Below the pieces are notes generated by a model. The model did not search any database. It was not told the DNA's origin and saw only the letters and a program-made list of their open reading frames with translations. From NCBI RefSeq assembly GCF_002075285.3, contig NZ_CP021983.2:2130001-2162000 (forward strand): DNA of 32,000 nt, written 5' to 3'. Source of the DNA: Halomicronema hongdechloris C2206. GTDB lineage: Bacteria > Cyanobacteriota > Cyanobacteriia > Phormidesmidales > Phormidesmidaceae. The translations under genes and the position numbers were made by a program. Positions within the stretch are counted from its first letter, which is position 1; each line of letters opens with the position of its first letter. This document shows, one piece after another, positions 8,242-17,772 of the stretch.

Positions 8242-8305
8242 CGGTGCGATTGGCCTGCGGCCACCCTGCGGGAACGCAGCGCTCTACCAACTGAGCTAAT
8301 TCCCC
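8242..8305 (-). pseudogene. partial tRNA-Ala copy (perfect 5' half) with a 24-nt insert at the anticodon stem/loop junction; no 3' half
   Basis: 8275-8305 is identical to 8193-8223 (31/31) and 8242-8250 matches 8184-8192. The insert TGGCCTGCGGCCACCCTGCGGGAA lies at 8251-8274. Confidence 0.7.
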
Positions 8306-8319
8306 AATTGCCCAGTATC

Positions 8320-9090
8320 TTACCAAACTGAAGAGACCGATGAGGGAGTGGGGCGGGGATTAGCGTAGTAGTCTCGCAGCCAGTCTAGATCCAGCTCGCT
8401 GAGGTTATCGACCACCCAATCGGCGCGGCGGTGGATCATTTGGTAAGGATAGGTATGGGCCACGCCAGCGACAGGAACCTGAGCGCGTTTGGCGGCTTCG
8501 ATGCCGGCGAAAGAATCTTCGATGGCGAGGCAGTGGGCCGGGGTCAAGTTGAGGCCAGGGTGGGCTTGATTCAACCGCTCAATGGCTAACAGGTAGCCAT
8601 CGGGGGCGGGTTTGCTACCCGTGGCGGGCAGATCATCGCCGCAAACCAAGGCCGAGAGATGGTCGTAGATTCCGGCTTGCCGCAGCACCCACGCCACCTC
8701 TGTCTGCATGGTCCCGGTGACCACCGCCAGCTTCAATTGAGCCGCTCGCCCCTGGAACACTAGATCATCTAGCCCTGGATAGAGGGGTAAATCTTGTTGG
8801 GACATGGCCTCGATATAGCGCTGGGACTTTTTCGCCAGCAGTGTATCAAGGTAGTCGTCACTCACCACCCGACCACGACTGCCGAGTAAATTGGTCAGGC
8901 AAGCCCGATCGCTGCGACCCAGGCAAGCGGCGGCGACGTCTTCCCGATTAGGCCGCAGGTTTTCCTCGAGCAAAAGCTGCTCGAGCAGCTGGCAATGCAG
9001 GGATTCATCGTTGATGATGATGCCATTGAAGTCCAGCAACAGGGCTTTTAGGGAGGCGTGAGAGTGGGAATTGGCAGAGGTCATAGGCAA
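8320..9090 (-). CDS. HAD-IA family hydrolase (phosphatase / beta-phosphoglucomutase-like)
   Basis: 256 aa. Motif I is LLDFNGIIIND (D-x-N instead of D-x-D). Also present: VVTGT, GSKPAPDGY and IEDSFAGIEAAKRAQ (motif IV-like). Confidence 0.75.
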   Translation of the reverse strand: MPMTSANSHSHASLKALLLDFNGIIINDESLHCQLLEQLLLEENLRPNREDVAAACLGRSDRACLTNLLGSRGRVVSDDYLDTLLAKKSQRYIEAMSQQDLPLYPGLDDLVFQGRAAQLKLAVVTGTMQTEVAWVLRQAGIYDHLSALVCGDDLPATGSKPAPDGYLLAIERLNQAHPGLNLTPAHCLAIEDSFAGIEAAKRAQVPVAGVAHTYPYQMIHRRADWVVDNLSELDLDWLRDYYANPRPTPSSVSSVW

Positions 9091-9103
9091 TCGAGCCGTC
9101 GCG

Positions 9104-9973
9104 TCTAGAGGGCAGGCGGCGTCAGGTCGCTGCTACTAGGGTATCGGCTATGGGCATCTCCTGGGGGGTAGGGGGGTGGCTTGAGCCCGTGGGTAACCTG
9201 GTTAATTAGCCATACCGTGTCACTGGTGATGTGGTCAAAACCCCCGCCGCCCCCAGCCAGGCGGCTACGGTGCCCTGGGCAAATTCCTGAATGTAGGGCT
9301 CTTCGAAGATCTCCATCAGCCAGGGCAGAGCTCGTAGGGTGTCTCGGGGTTGCCGTCTAGGATGGCTACCTCACCACTGGGGCGCAACAGCCGAAAGGCT
9401 TCTCGCAGGATGGTCTGGGCGACCTCAGTAGGGGTCTCATGGAAGAGCAGAGAGGCGGTGACTAGATCGAAGTGAGCCGCTGGAAAGGGGGTGTGGTTCG
9501 GCGTTGCCGTGGACCCAGTGAATGGCTAGATTGGCCTGACGGGCCTTGTCCTCGGCGACGACCAACATATGGGGCGACAGGTCCAGCCCGATCACCTCGG
9601 CAGCGGGAAAGGTTTGCTTCAGCAAGTGGGTGGTGGTGCCGGTGCCGCAGCCCAGATCTAGAATGCGGCGGGGCTGTCCCTGAATCTTGTCGATTAGGGC
9701 CTGGCGCACCCAGGTTTCATTGGGGGGCAGGACGTACTGGGTGATGGGATCGTAGGTGACGGCGGCATCGGCGCTGAGATAGCCCTGCTCAATGCCATGG
9801 AAGGCGGCCTTGCGATAATAGTCTGGATAGGTCAGCTTAGGGTTGGCAATGCGATCGCATTGTTGCTCCCAGTCAAACTGGTGTCGATAGGCCAGCAAGG
9901 CCTCCCGATCCAAGAGGTGATCGAACAGAGGCGCCAAAAATCGAGCGAATAACGTATCTTGACCGGTTGCCAT
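9104..9973 (-). pseudogene. class I SAM-dependent methyltransferase, at least 3 frameshifts as assembled
   Basis: ORF 9437-9973 carries ILDLGCGTGTTT. The continuation (AAHFDLVTASLLFHETPTEVAQTILREAFRLLRPSGEVAILDGNP, then LPWLMEIFEEPYIQEFAQGTVAAWLGAAG, then DHITSDTVWLINQVTHGL) is found in the other two frames. Breaks are at ~9487-9491, ~9329-9350 and ~9237-9245. The 3' end is uncertain. Confidence 0.7.
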
Positions 9974-10051
9974 GGGAGACCCTCCCCGTGTGTTGCCGTC
10001 TATATATGAAGTTTAATCAAGAAAACCCTTATCTTGCCTACGACAAGCCCT

Positions 10052-10447
10052 ATGACCCTGCTCACCCCTACTCACATCCAGGCATTGTTACAAGAGCCGA
10101 TTCCCGACAGACAAGCCTATGGTCGGCTGATGGAAATCTACTGTGTGGTTAAGGCTGGGGGTGTCCGAGTCCAGATTGAAGCGGCTAGCGGTCACCTAGC
10201 CCGGCAACAATGGCGGCTAGAGAAAACCATCAGTGAGCTCAGCTGTCACCATGCCCACCATCCCCAGATTCCTATCCTGCGGCAAGAGGTGGCAGAACTC
10301 CGCCGCTCCGTTGCCTGGCGCATCGACTTCCTGCGGACAATTCATCCCCAAGAAGAAGCCGCCGTGCAACAACATCTAGCGGCCATTGAAGCCTACGTTG
10401 CTGCCCAAGGAGAGCAGCTCAGGGGCGCTTGCCCCAATAACCATTGA
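10052..10447 (+). CDS. hypothetical protein (~131 aa)
   Basis: Open frame with an ATG at 10052 (TTG at 10034 in the track). Helical, coiled-coil-like composition with no recognisable motif. It overlaps the start of the crtISO-like remnant. Confidence 0.3.
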   Translation: MTLLTPTHIQALLQEPIPDRQAYGRLMEIYCVVKAGGVRVQIEAASGHLARQQWRLEKTISELSCHHAHHPQIPILRQEVAELRRSVAWRIDFLRTIHPQEEAAVQQHLAAIEAYVAAQGEQLRGACPNNH

Positions 10448-10853
10448 TCGACACCATGTACTCCATGCCTATACCCTAGAACCCTGGCCGGGCTGGCAGC
10501 GGGGAGCCGACTATGCCCAGCGTAAAGCTCAGCGAGCGGCTCCCCTGTTTCCAGCCCTCGAGAACATTATTCCAGACCTGTGTCAACGCCTGGTCTTAGA
10601 GCTGCTTGGTACTCCCCTGACCCATCAGCGATTTCTCCGGCGCTATCGGGGCACCTATGGCCCAGCCATCGGGGCTGGTCAAGGCGTATTTCCCAACTGT
10701 TTCACCCCCGTTGCTGGACTATTGCGGGTGGGGGATAGCACCTTACCTGGCATTGGTGTCCCTGCGGTGGCTGCCTCTGGCATACTCTGCGCCAATACTC
10801 TGGTTCCACCAGAGCACGTGTCAGCCCTGGTGGCCTCGATGTCTTCAGAATAG
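10386..10853 (+). pseudogene. C-terminal remnant of a carotenoid isomerase / phytoene-desaturase-family FAD oxidoreductase
   Basis: LAP...HHVLHAYT, HQRFLRRYRGTYGP and RVGDSTLPGIGVPAVAASGILCAN match the C-terminal ~150 aa of CrtH/CRTISO-like proteins of ~500 aa. There is no room upstream for the N-terminal FAD-binding part. Confidence 0.55.
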
Positions 10854-11857
10854 GAGGTATCTGCCTTAGCGAGCGTCTCTACACAGGCCATGGACGGAGC
10901 CGGTCGGGATAGTCGCCGGGCCGCTTGCAGCTGCATGGCACTGTCGAAGGTCCCCGCTTCGACCATAGCAGCCGTAGGGACTGGGTGAGCAGCAGCTTGG
11001 TGGGCCTGGTTCAGGTCCACAGCCATGGCTGTCATGGCCAGGGTGGGCCGCTCCCGGCGTAAGGGCGCTGTCTCATGGGGGGCCTCTGCTAGGGGCTGCT
11101 CGATCTCAGGAGCTGGCTCAGCAGCCGAGGCCGCCAGTGGGTCACGGCTGGGAACATCACCATCACGCCAGGGGTGAGAGCGAGAAGGGCGTATGGGGGC
11201 CTCAGGGGCCGTCGCTGTTAGGGGAGAATTGGTCTCCGGATTGGTTTCTGGCGTTGTCGCTTCACTGGCAGGGGACGAGGAGGCGGTTAAGGGAGCTGTA
11301 CTGGGCGCGGCGGGGGGTGAGGCAGCTGTAGGTGTCTGAGCTGGAGCCGTGGCACTGGTAGCTGACCTGCTGGTCAGAGGCGCCGTTGGCCCACTTTCAG
11401 GGGAGGCAATGGTGGCGCCAGTGGGTTGGGACTGAGGGCGAGGAGTCGTGGTGGCAGGCTCTGGGGTAGGAGTAGGCCCTGGGGTGGCCGCAGAAGGCGT
11501 TGCGGAACTGGGAACCGATGATGCCGATGGACTGCCGGCTGCCGCTGCTAGAGGTGCCAGCATCACCGCCCGGCTGCGTCGTCCCGGAGATTGTGCCGGT
11601 GGAGTGCGCCCTGGCAGCGGTTGGTCGGCAATGGCGGAGCCACTGCGGGGAGTGGCGGGATTGCTTTCGGGAGCCGTAACGCTGGGGCTGATATCGGGGG
11701 GGTCAGCCGAGGTGGCAGTGTCTACCAAGGGATCATCAAAGCTGGCGGTCTCTAAATCAGGGGGCGTAAATGACCAGCCATTGTCGGTAGACTGGTTGCC
11801 AGAACACGCTGTCAGAGCAACCAAACTGCTACAGGAAGCGAGGGTCCAAATGCGCAT
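10679..11857 (-). CDS. Pro/Ala/Ser/Thr-rich low-complexity putative lipoprotein
   Basis: 392 aa with an N-terminal MRIWTLASCSSLVALTACSGNQ (signal plus lipobox LTAC), followed by ~300 aa of PAST-rich sequence. The 3' 175 nt overlap the crtISO-like remnant on the other strand, so the true C-terminus is uncertain. Confidence 0.45.
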   Translation of the reverse strand: MRIWTLASCSSLVALTACSGNQSTDNGWSFTPPDLETASFDDPLVDTATSADPPDISPSVTAPESNPATPRSGSAIADQPLPGRTPPAQSPGRRSRAVMLAPLAAAAGSPSASSVPSSATPSAATPGPTPTPEPATTTPRPQSQPTGATIASPESGPTAPLTSRSATSATAPAQTPTAASPPAAPSTAPLTASSSPASEATTPETNPETNSPLTATAPEAPIRPSRSHPWRDGDVPSRDPLAASAAEPAPEIEQPLAEAPHETAPLRRERPTLAMTAMAVDLNQAHQAAAHPVPTAAMVEAGTFDSAMQLQAARRLSRPAPSMACVETLAKADTSYSEDIEATRADTCSGGTRVLAQSMPEAATAGTPMPGKVLSPTRNSPATGVKQLGNTP

Positions 11858-12244
11858 GAGGATTCCTCTATAAAAACCATTGCCACGGTCAAGGCGGGTA
11901 GACAGTCCCCGGGAAGATAGCGACGTTTGAGCAAACGACAGGCTGCCTAGACGATGTCCAGTCTTGGCGTTCTACTTGTTACTACGTAAAGCCTCCGATT
12001 AATCCGCATAAATCTCAGTGAAATTAGTGAGGTTTTGGATGACTGTTTCCAACCGCCAGCCCTTGGCGGTTCGTCGGTCCATTAATGTCAGCAGTTGCTA
12101 CGGTAATGATGACGCCCATCTGCCTCAAAAGTGCCAGGGCAGACCTGGCCTTAGAAGACCGCCTTAGGCATAGAGATATGGCTCGATCCATAGGAAATGG
12201 GCTAAGCTCCTCTGGGCTGGGCTTAAGGACTGGGGTTATCGGTC

Positions 12245-13163
12245 ATGATGGACTTACGAGGGGAGTTGGCGGCCCTGGGGGCTGCTTTTTTATGGGCGTT
12301 GGCGACGGTCATGTTTGGCCAGTTGGGCAAACAGCTTGCTCCCCTGGTGCTAAATCTGGTCAAGGGATTATTGGCGATTAGCCTGATTGGTCTAACCCTT
12401 GCTGTGCAAGCGCTCTATCAGCCCCAGGACCCTTGGCAGATCAGGAGTGGGTTGGAGCAAGGGTCTGTGCTGCTGTTGCTAGGCAGTGGTGTGATTGGCA
12501 TTGGCCTAGGGGATACGGCCTATTTTACGGCGCTCAATTATCTGGGGGCCCGGCGGGTGCTGTTGCTAGAGTCCTTGGCGCCGGCCATGGCTGCCCTGAT
12601 GGCCTTAGGATTTTTGGGAGAATATCTGGCCCTGAGGGATTGGCTGGGCATTGTCTTAACGCTGTTGGGGGTGAGTTGGGTAGTTTCTGAGCGAGCTCCC
12701 GGTATCCCTGGGGAATCATTCCAACCCTGGCGGGGTATCTGCTATGGCTGTTTAGCAGCCGTTGGGCAGGCTGTCGGAGCAGTCATGTCACGGGCGGCTT
12801 TGGCAGACACGGCGGTCGATCCCCTGTGGAGTACGCTGTTGCGGCTGGGGGGTGGGTTGAGCATCATGGGAATATTGTTGCCTGAGGGGAGGGCAGTGGC
12901 GCTATCAACTGCGCCTCCTAGCCTCGGGTCGGCTGCTGGGGGTGTTGATGGTGGCGGCGTTTATAGGCACCTATCTGGCCCTGTGGTTGCAGCAGATGGC
13001 CCTGAAGTATGCTGCCACGGGAATTGCTCAAGCGCTGCTGGGCACGAGTCCACTATTTATTTTGCCGATCGTGGTCTTACTGGGCGAGCGCGTCAGTCTC
13101 CGAGCTATCTTGGGGGTGCTAGTGGCCCTGGGGGGTGTCTGGCTCCTGGTGGGCTATGACTAG
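12245..13163 (+). pseudogene. EamA/DMT family transporter, one frameshift as assembled
   Basis: ORF 12245-13159 reads as transmembrane protein up to ~12885. ORF 12942-13163 (extendable upstream in its own frame to QWRYQLRLLASGRLLGVLMVAAFIGTYLALW) gives the second EamA half, ending GGVWLLVGYD. The switch is at the G runs at ~12885-12895. Confidence 0.7.
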
Positions 13164-13188
13164 GCTAGATGGGTTGGATCTTCGATCT

Positions 13189-13806
13189 ATGGCAGCTCCT
13201 TCACCCCGTATTATTGGCCTGACGGGGGGCATTGCTACCGGTAAATCAACGGTGTCCCACTATTTAGAGCAGCACCATGGCATTCCCGTGTTGGATGCCG
13301 ATGCCTATGCTCGCCAGGCGGTGGTGCCCGGTTCCCCGATTTTTCAGGCGATTGTGCAGCGTTATGGCACTGCCATGGTGCAGCCGGATGGCGAGTTGGA
13401 TCGGAGGCGATTGGGCGATGTGGTCTTCTATAACACCGACGAGAAACGCTGGCTAGAACAGCAGATTCATCCGTTCGTGCGTCAGTGTTTTGCCCAGGCT
13501 ATGGTCCGTTTGCAGGACTGCCCGGTGGTGGTCCACAGCATTCCCCTGTTGTTTGAGGCCAATCTGGTCGATCAGGTGACGGAATCTTGGGTGGTGATTT
13601 GCTCTGAGGCCCAGCAATGCCAACGGTTAATGGCCCGTAATCAACTGTCTCGCACTGATGCGATCGCACGTATCCAGAGCCAGATGCCCCTGTTAGACAA
13701 AGCCGCCCGAGCCGACGTGGTCTTAGATAACAGCACCACAGTGGCAGCCCTATACGGCCAAGTCGATCAGGCCCTTAACGAGCACAGCTCGATCACACCT
13801 GGTTGA
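13189..13806 (+). CDS. coaE: dephospho-CoA kinase
   Basis: IIGLTGGIATGKSTV P-loop directly after the ATG at 13189, followed by GIPVLDADAYARQAV. It is in the same frame as track ORF 13135-13806, but the upstream part overlaps the EamA gene. Confidence 0.88.
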   Translation: MAAPSPRIIGLTGGIATGKSTVSHYLEQHHGIPVLDADAYARQAVVPGSPIFQAIVQRYGTAMVQPDGELDRRRLGDVVFYNTDEKRWLEQQIHPFVRQCFAQAMVRLQDCPVVVHSIPLLFEANLVDQVTESWVVICSEAQQCQRLMARNQLSRTDAIARIQSQMPLLDKAARADVVLDNSTTVAALYGQVDQALNEHSSITPG

Positions 13807-13808
13807 GC

Positions 13809-15173
13809 TCAGCCCTGGCTAAACTGCACCCGATAGATGCGGCCATTCATTTCTTCGGTAAATAACAGACTGCCATCGGGCATCATCAGTAGGCCCACAG
13901 GACGGCCCCAAGTGGTCGGCCCCTGGGGATCGACCAGGAAGCCCGTGAGAAAGTCTTCGTAGTGGCCCAGGGGGCGTCCTTCAGAGCTAAAAGGGACAAA
14001 CACCAGCTTGTAGCCCGTGCCCTGCTGTCGATTCCAAGAGCCGCGGAAAGCGACGAAGGCGCCCTGGTGATAGCGCTGCGGAAAGGTATTGCCATCGTAG
14101 AACTGCAATCCTAGGGCAGCCGAGTGGGCCTGAAACAGCACGTCCGGGGTTTGGGTCTGGGCGGCCAAATCGGGGCGGCGACTGCGACCATCAACCACCT
14201 GGCGGGGATCGAGCCAGTCCGGCTGCAGGTAAGCATAGGGCCAGCCATAGAACTCTCCCGCCTGGATGCGGGTGAGGTAGTCGGGCACCAGGTCATCGCC
14301 GAGACCATCCCGCTCGTTGACAGTGGTGTAGAGGTCGCCAGTGACGGGGTGAAAGTCTAGGCCAACGGGATTGCGCAGGCCAGAAGCAACGGTTTCTGGA
14401 GCGCTGCCGTCCAGGGCCATCACCTGCACCGAGGCCCGGGGCAAAGGCTCTGCGCTGACGTTGGAGCGAGAGCCAATGGAGACGTAGAGGCGCTGTTGGT
14501 CTGGAGAAACGACGACATTGCGAGTCCAGTGTTGGCGGTAACCGCCGCCAGGTAGCTCGGCAATGACCTCACCGCTGCCCTGCAGGGTCGCCTGACCAGT
14601 CCGGTAGGGATACCGCCGCAGGGTGCTGGTATTGCCTAGGTAAAAGTGATCCGCGGTGAAGGCCATGCCGAAGGGAATATCGAGGCCATGGCTGGCATCG
14701 GCAAAGGTGGTTACCGCATCGGCAGCCCCATCGTCGTTTTGATCCTGCAGGCGACGAATGCGGTTCTGCCGAGTTTCGGTCACTAGCACATCGCCCTCGG
14801 GGGTGAGGGCAAGCCAGCGGGGCCGATCCAGATTCTCGGCAAAGACGTTGACGGTAAATCCTGCTGGCACCTGCAGCCTAGGATTGCTGGGAATATCGAT
14901 GACTTGGGGCGGTTTGCGGGCACTCTGGGAGGCGAAGGGTTGGGGCAGATCGGCCAGGGTGATGCGGATGGGGCTGGGAACTAGGGGCTCGGTGGCAATG
15001 GGGTTGGCTGGCTCGGCACCGGATGCGATCGCAGCGTCCTTCTCCGCCCCAGAAGGGGTAGCAGAGTCAGAGTCAGCAGGGGCAGGGGAGGGAGCCACAG
15101 ACGATGGCTCCGTGCAGGCAAACAGGCCCAACACTAGCAGCAGGGGCAGGGCCTTGAGGCCACAGAAGGGCAT
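13809..15173 (-). CDS. PQQ-dependent sugar (sorbosone/glucose) dehydrogenase family lipoprotein
   Basis: Contains RNPVGLDFHPVTGDLY, NERDGLGDDLVPDY and FYGWPY. The ATG at 15173 gives MPFCGLKALPLLLVLGLFAC (lipobox). The track ORF starts at a TTG at 15188. Confidence 0.8.
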   Translation of the reverse strand: MPFCGLKALPLLLVLGLFACTEPSSVAPSPAPADSDSATPSGAEKDAAIASGAEPANPIATEPLVPSPIRITLADLPQPFASQSARKPPQVIDIPSNPRLQVPAGFTVNVFAENLDRPRWLALTPEGDVLVTETRQNRIRRLQDQNDDGAADAVTTFADASHGLDIPFGMAFTADHFYLGNTSTLRRYPYRTGQATLQGSGEVIAELPGGGYRQHWTRNVVVSPDQQRLYVSIGSRSNVSAEPLPRASVQVMALDGSAPETVASGLRNPVGLDFHPVTGDLYTTVNERDGLGDDLVPDYLTRIQAGEFYGWPYAYLQPDWLDPRQVVDGRSRRPDLAAQTQTPDVLFQAHSAALGLQFYDGNTFPQRYHQGAFVAFRGSWNRQQGTGYKLVFVPFSSEGRPLGHYEDFLTGFLVDPQGPTTWGRPVGLLMMPDGSLLFTEEMNGRIYRVQFSQG

Positions 15174-15191
15174 GAGCAAAACCGGCAAACA

Positions 15192-15425
15192 TTAGGTGTC
15201 GTATATCAAGCCCTCTGGGGCATCGGGATTGTCCTCTAAGTACTGATCGAAGCCAGTTTTGGCCGGGGTTTGATGCTGATGGGAGACCTCCGCTCGCATC
15301 TCCTCGACAGTATCCCACGCGACCGCACAGGCCTGAGAGTCAGCGCCTTGTTGATCACAGACCTGACGGGCATACTCTACGGCGTTTTCCAATTCCTGCT
15401 GGAACTTGGTGTCATCAACACTCAT
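15192..15425 (-). CDS. cp12: CP12 (Calvin-cycle GAPDH/PRK regulator), variant lacking the C-terminal Cys pair
   Basis: 77 aa from the ATG at 15425, with GGAGAG upstream: ...QVCDQQGADSQACAVAWDTVEEMRAEVSH...FDQYLEDNPDAPEGLIYDT. It has the AWD_VEE core and the YxxxNPxAxExxxYD tail. The longer track ORF (to 15647) is an artefactual extension. Confidence 0.85.
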   Translation of the reverse strand: MSVDDTKFQQELENAVEYARQVCDQQGADSQACAVAWDTVEEMRAEVSHQHQTPAKTGFDQYLEDNPDAPEGLIYDT

Positions 15426-15528
15426 GCTATGCTCTCCCGGACTAAACACCATCGTCATCGACGCTCCAAGGGGAGCTATTCCATCATAATGGTCTGGTCC
15501 GGCAACGGCAGCCCATGGCCCCACGGGC

Positions 15529-17772
15529 CTACTCTTTCTGCAGGACTTCGGCAAACTCCAAATCCTCTGAGGCCAGGACAAATATGGTGCCGGGTAATCC
15601 GGCAGTGCGCTGTTGCAGGGAGAGATAGTACTGGCTGAAGTGTTCATTGGGAGTGGCTAAGCCCAGAAATACTAAATCAGCCGTTTCAGAGGACTGCTTC
15701 AAAATGGTGTCAAAGGGCCGGCCCTCCGCCAGAATCACCCGGGGGGTAGCGCCAATACGTAGACCATCGACGAGCCGCTGCAGGTTAGTCTGGGCTGCCT
15801 TTGCTGCCGCTTGATTGGGCACCACCAGGTTGAGGCGGATCTCTACCCCACGCCAGGTAAGACTGGTGCGTAGCAGATAGGCCAAAATCAACATCAGTCC
15901 CCCATTGGCCTGGAGTCCGCCCCACCAGACATCAATGCGGCGATAGTGAGGAGGGCGACGGCGGCTTAGCTCATAGGTCTGGGGCTCGCCGCGAAAAATA
16001 ATCACATTGCGCTTGCCTGGTGACAGCGGCTAATCAGCTGGCAGAAGCGATCGCAACTCTGGGGATTTTCCGTATCCCCCAGCATCACCGTATTCGGCAT
16101 CAGGGGACCAATGCCGTAAGACTCCACCAGCTGTCCCATGCCGCCGAAGGGTTCTGCCGCCGTAATCAACCGCACAAACGCCTGGATCCCTCGCCGCTCC
16201 AGATACTCCTGTAGGGGTCGCCTCCATGCCCTCCTGCTGGGCGCCACTACGAGATCTAGGGGGCAACACACTCGACACCGTAAATAGGCCCCGATTGTGG
16301 GTCAGGGCGGCCGCCAATTCAATCAAATGCCAGCGCTTCGTCGGGGCCCCCGAGAAGACCAGCAAATGGGGGCGCCAGTTTTTGGCATCCAAAGCCCCCT
16401 CAATGCGGAATAAGGCCGTACGCACCAAACTCATCCACAATCCCTGGCGCACATCCCCCCAGGCGCTCTCCAGCTCCCGCCGCTCCAGCCATAGGTAAAT
16501 CAACAGCACGATCACCGCTGCCGCCACTGTGGCTACAGCATTGATCAAAAACATCACCGTCAGACACCCCGCTGCCCCCAGTAACGAGAGCGACCAGTGC
16601 ACCTTAAACGTCGGTCGAAAAGACGGACTCTGCAGAAACCCTTCCAAACCAGCTGCCACATTCAACACCATGTAGGTGGTCAAGAAAAACATGGTCAGCA
16701 CCGGCGCAATCAGGTTTAAATCGCCGATGGAGACAGCCACCAAGACAATGCCCAGGGTAAACAGGGTGCCCAGCCGCGGCTCATCTCCTTCGCGACTCCC
16801 ATGGCCCAACCACCGCAGTCGCCGCGGTAAGATACCGTCTCGAGCCAGGGCCTGTAATACCCGAGGTGCCCCCAAGATGCTACCAATAGCACTAGATAGA
16901 GTGGCCCCCCACACCCCCAGTAGAATGGCATCGCCCCACAGGGCAATGCGCCGCATCACCAAGGGGTCGGCTACCAGGGTGGTCGGGTCAGCCCGCAGGC
17001 TGAGAATGACGGGAATAATCATATAGATCACATAGCCGCTGCCGATGGCAGCCAGGGTGCCGATGGGGATGGCCTTGCTGGGTTTTTTCAAATCCCCCGA
17101 CATGTTGACCCCCGACATAATGCCCGTCACCGCTGGGAAGAACACCGCTAGCACCGTCCAAAATCCCACCGAGCCGGGAGGCTCTGGGGAGGGTAACTCC
17201 GTGGGCGTGATGCTATGGCCCATAGCCAGAGAAACCAAGGAAAGGACAATGGCGGCCATGATGAAATATTGAGCCTTAATGGCAATTTCGGCCGATTTCA
17301 GAGCCAACGCGGTCACCAGCACCGTCGTCATCAGGGCTACCAGGGTTTGATCGAGTCGGGGAAATACCCGCACCAGACTCTCGGCAAAGCCGATGGTGTA
17401 GAGAGCCACCGAGAGCCCCTGGGCAAAGTAGAGGGGAATGCCCACGGCGCCCCCGGTTTCAATGCCAAGGGAGCGGCTAATCATGTAATAGGCCCCGCCA
17501 GCCCGTACCACCTGGTCAGTGGCGATGGCCGAGATGGATAGCCCGGTGAGAAAGGTAATCCCGGTGCAGATGGTCACCACCAATAAGGTCTGCACCAGCC
17601 CCACATGACCCAGTACCCAGCCGAAGCGTAGGTACATGATCACCCCGAGAATCGTCAGAATTGACGGGGTGAATACTCCGCCAAAACTAGTCAGCTTCTT
17701 GGCTCCTGCCTCTGTATCGGGCGTTGCTGCGCCTTGCTCCATACGTCGCCGTGGCATGGTAGAGCGATCCAT
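15529..17772 (-). pseudogene. SLC12-like cation:chloride cotransporter / amino acid permease family, at least 2 frameshifts as assembled
   Basis: ORF 16030-17772 gives the transmembrane domain (KLTSFGGVFTPSILTILGVIMYLRFGWVLG). The cytosolic C-terminal domain continues in ORF 16002-16271 (LQEYLERRGIQAFVRLITA...PNTVMLG) and ORF 15529-16005 (NVIIFRGEP...). Breaks are at ~16215-16270 and ~16010-16025. Confidence 0.75.

Noticed and set aside
11448-11873. 141-aa + strand ORF inside the PAST-rich gene region.
   Set aside because: It is a GC-rich antisense frame with a Gly/Ala/Val-rich translation and no start context. The minus-strand ORF at least has a lipoprotein signal.
15426-15647. N-terminal extension of the CP12 ORF (151 aa in the track).
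   Set aside because: CP12 proteins are ~75 aa. The extension overlaps the end of the transporter gene, and the internal ATG at 15425 has an upstream GGAGAG.
9104-17772. Reading the frameshifted methyltransferase, EamA and SLC12-like genes as evidence of an island of decaying genes.
   Set aside because: Equivalent breaks occur throughout the window, including in the otherwise pristine guanidine operon, and cluster at homopolymers. A technical origin is the more economical explanation until reads are checked.
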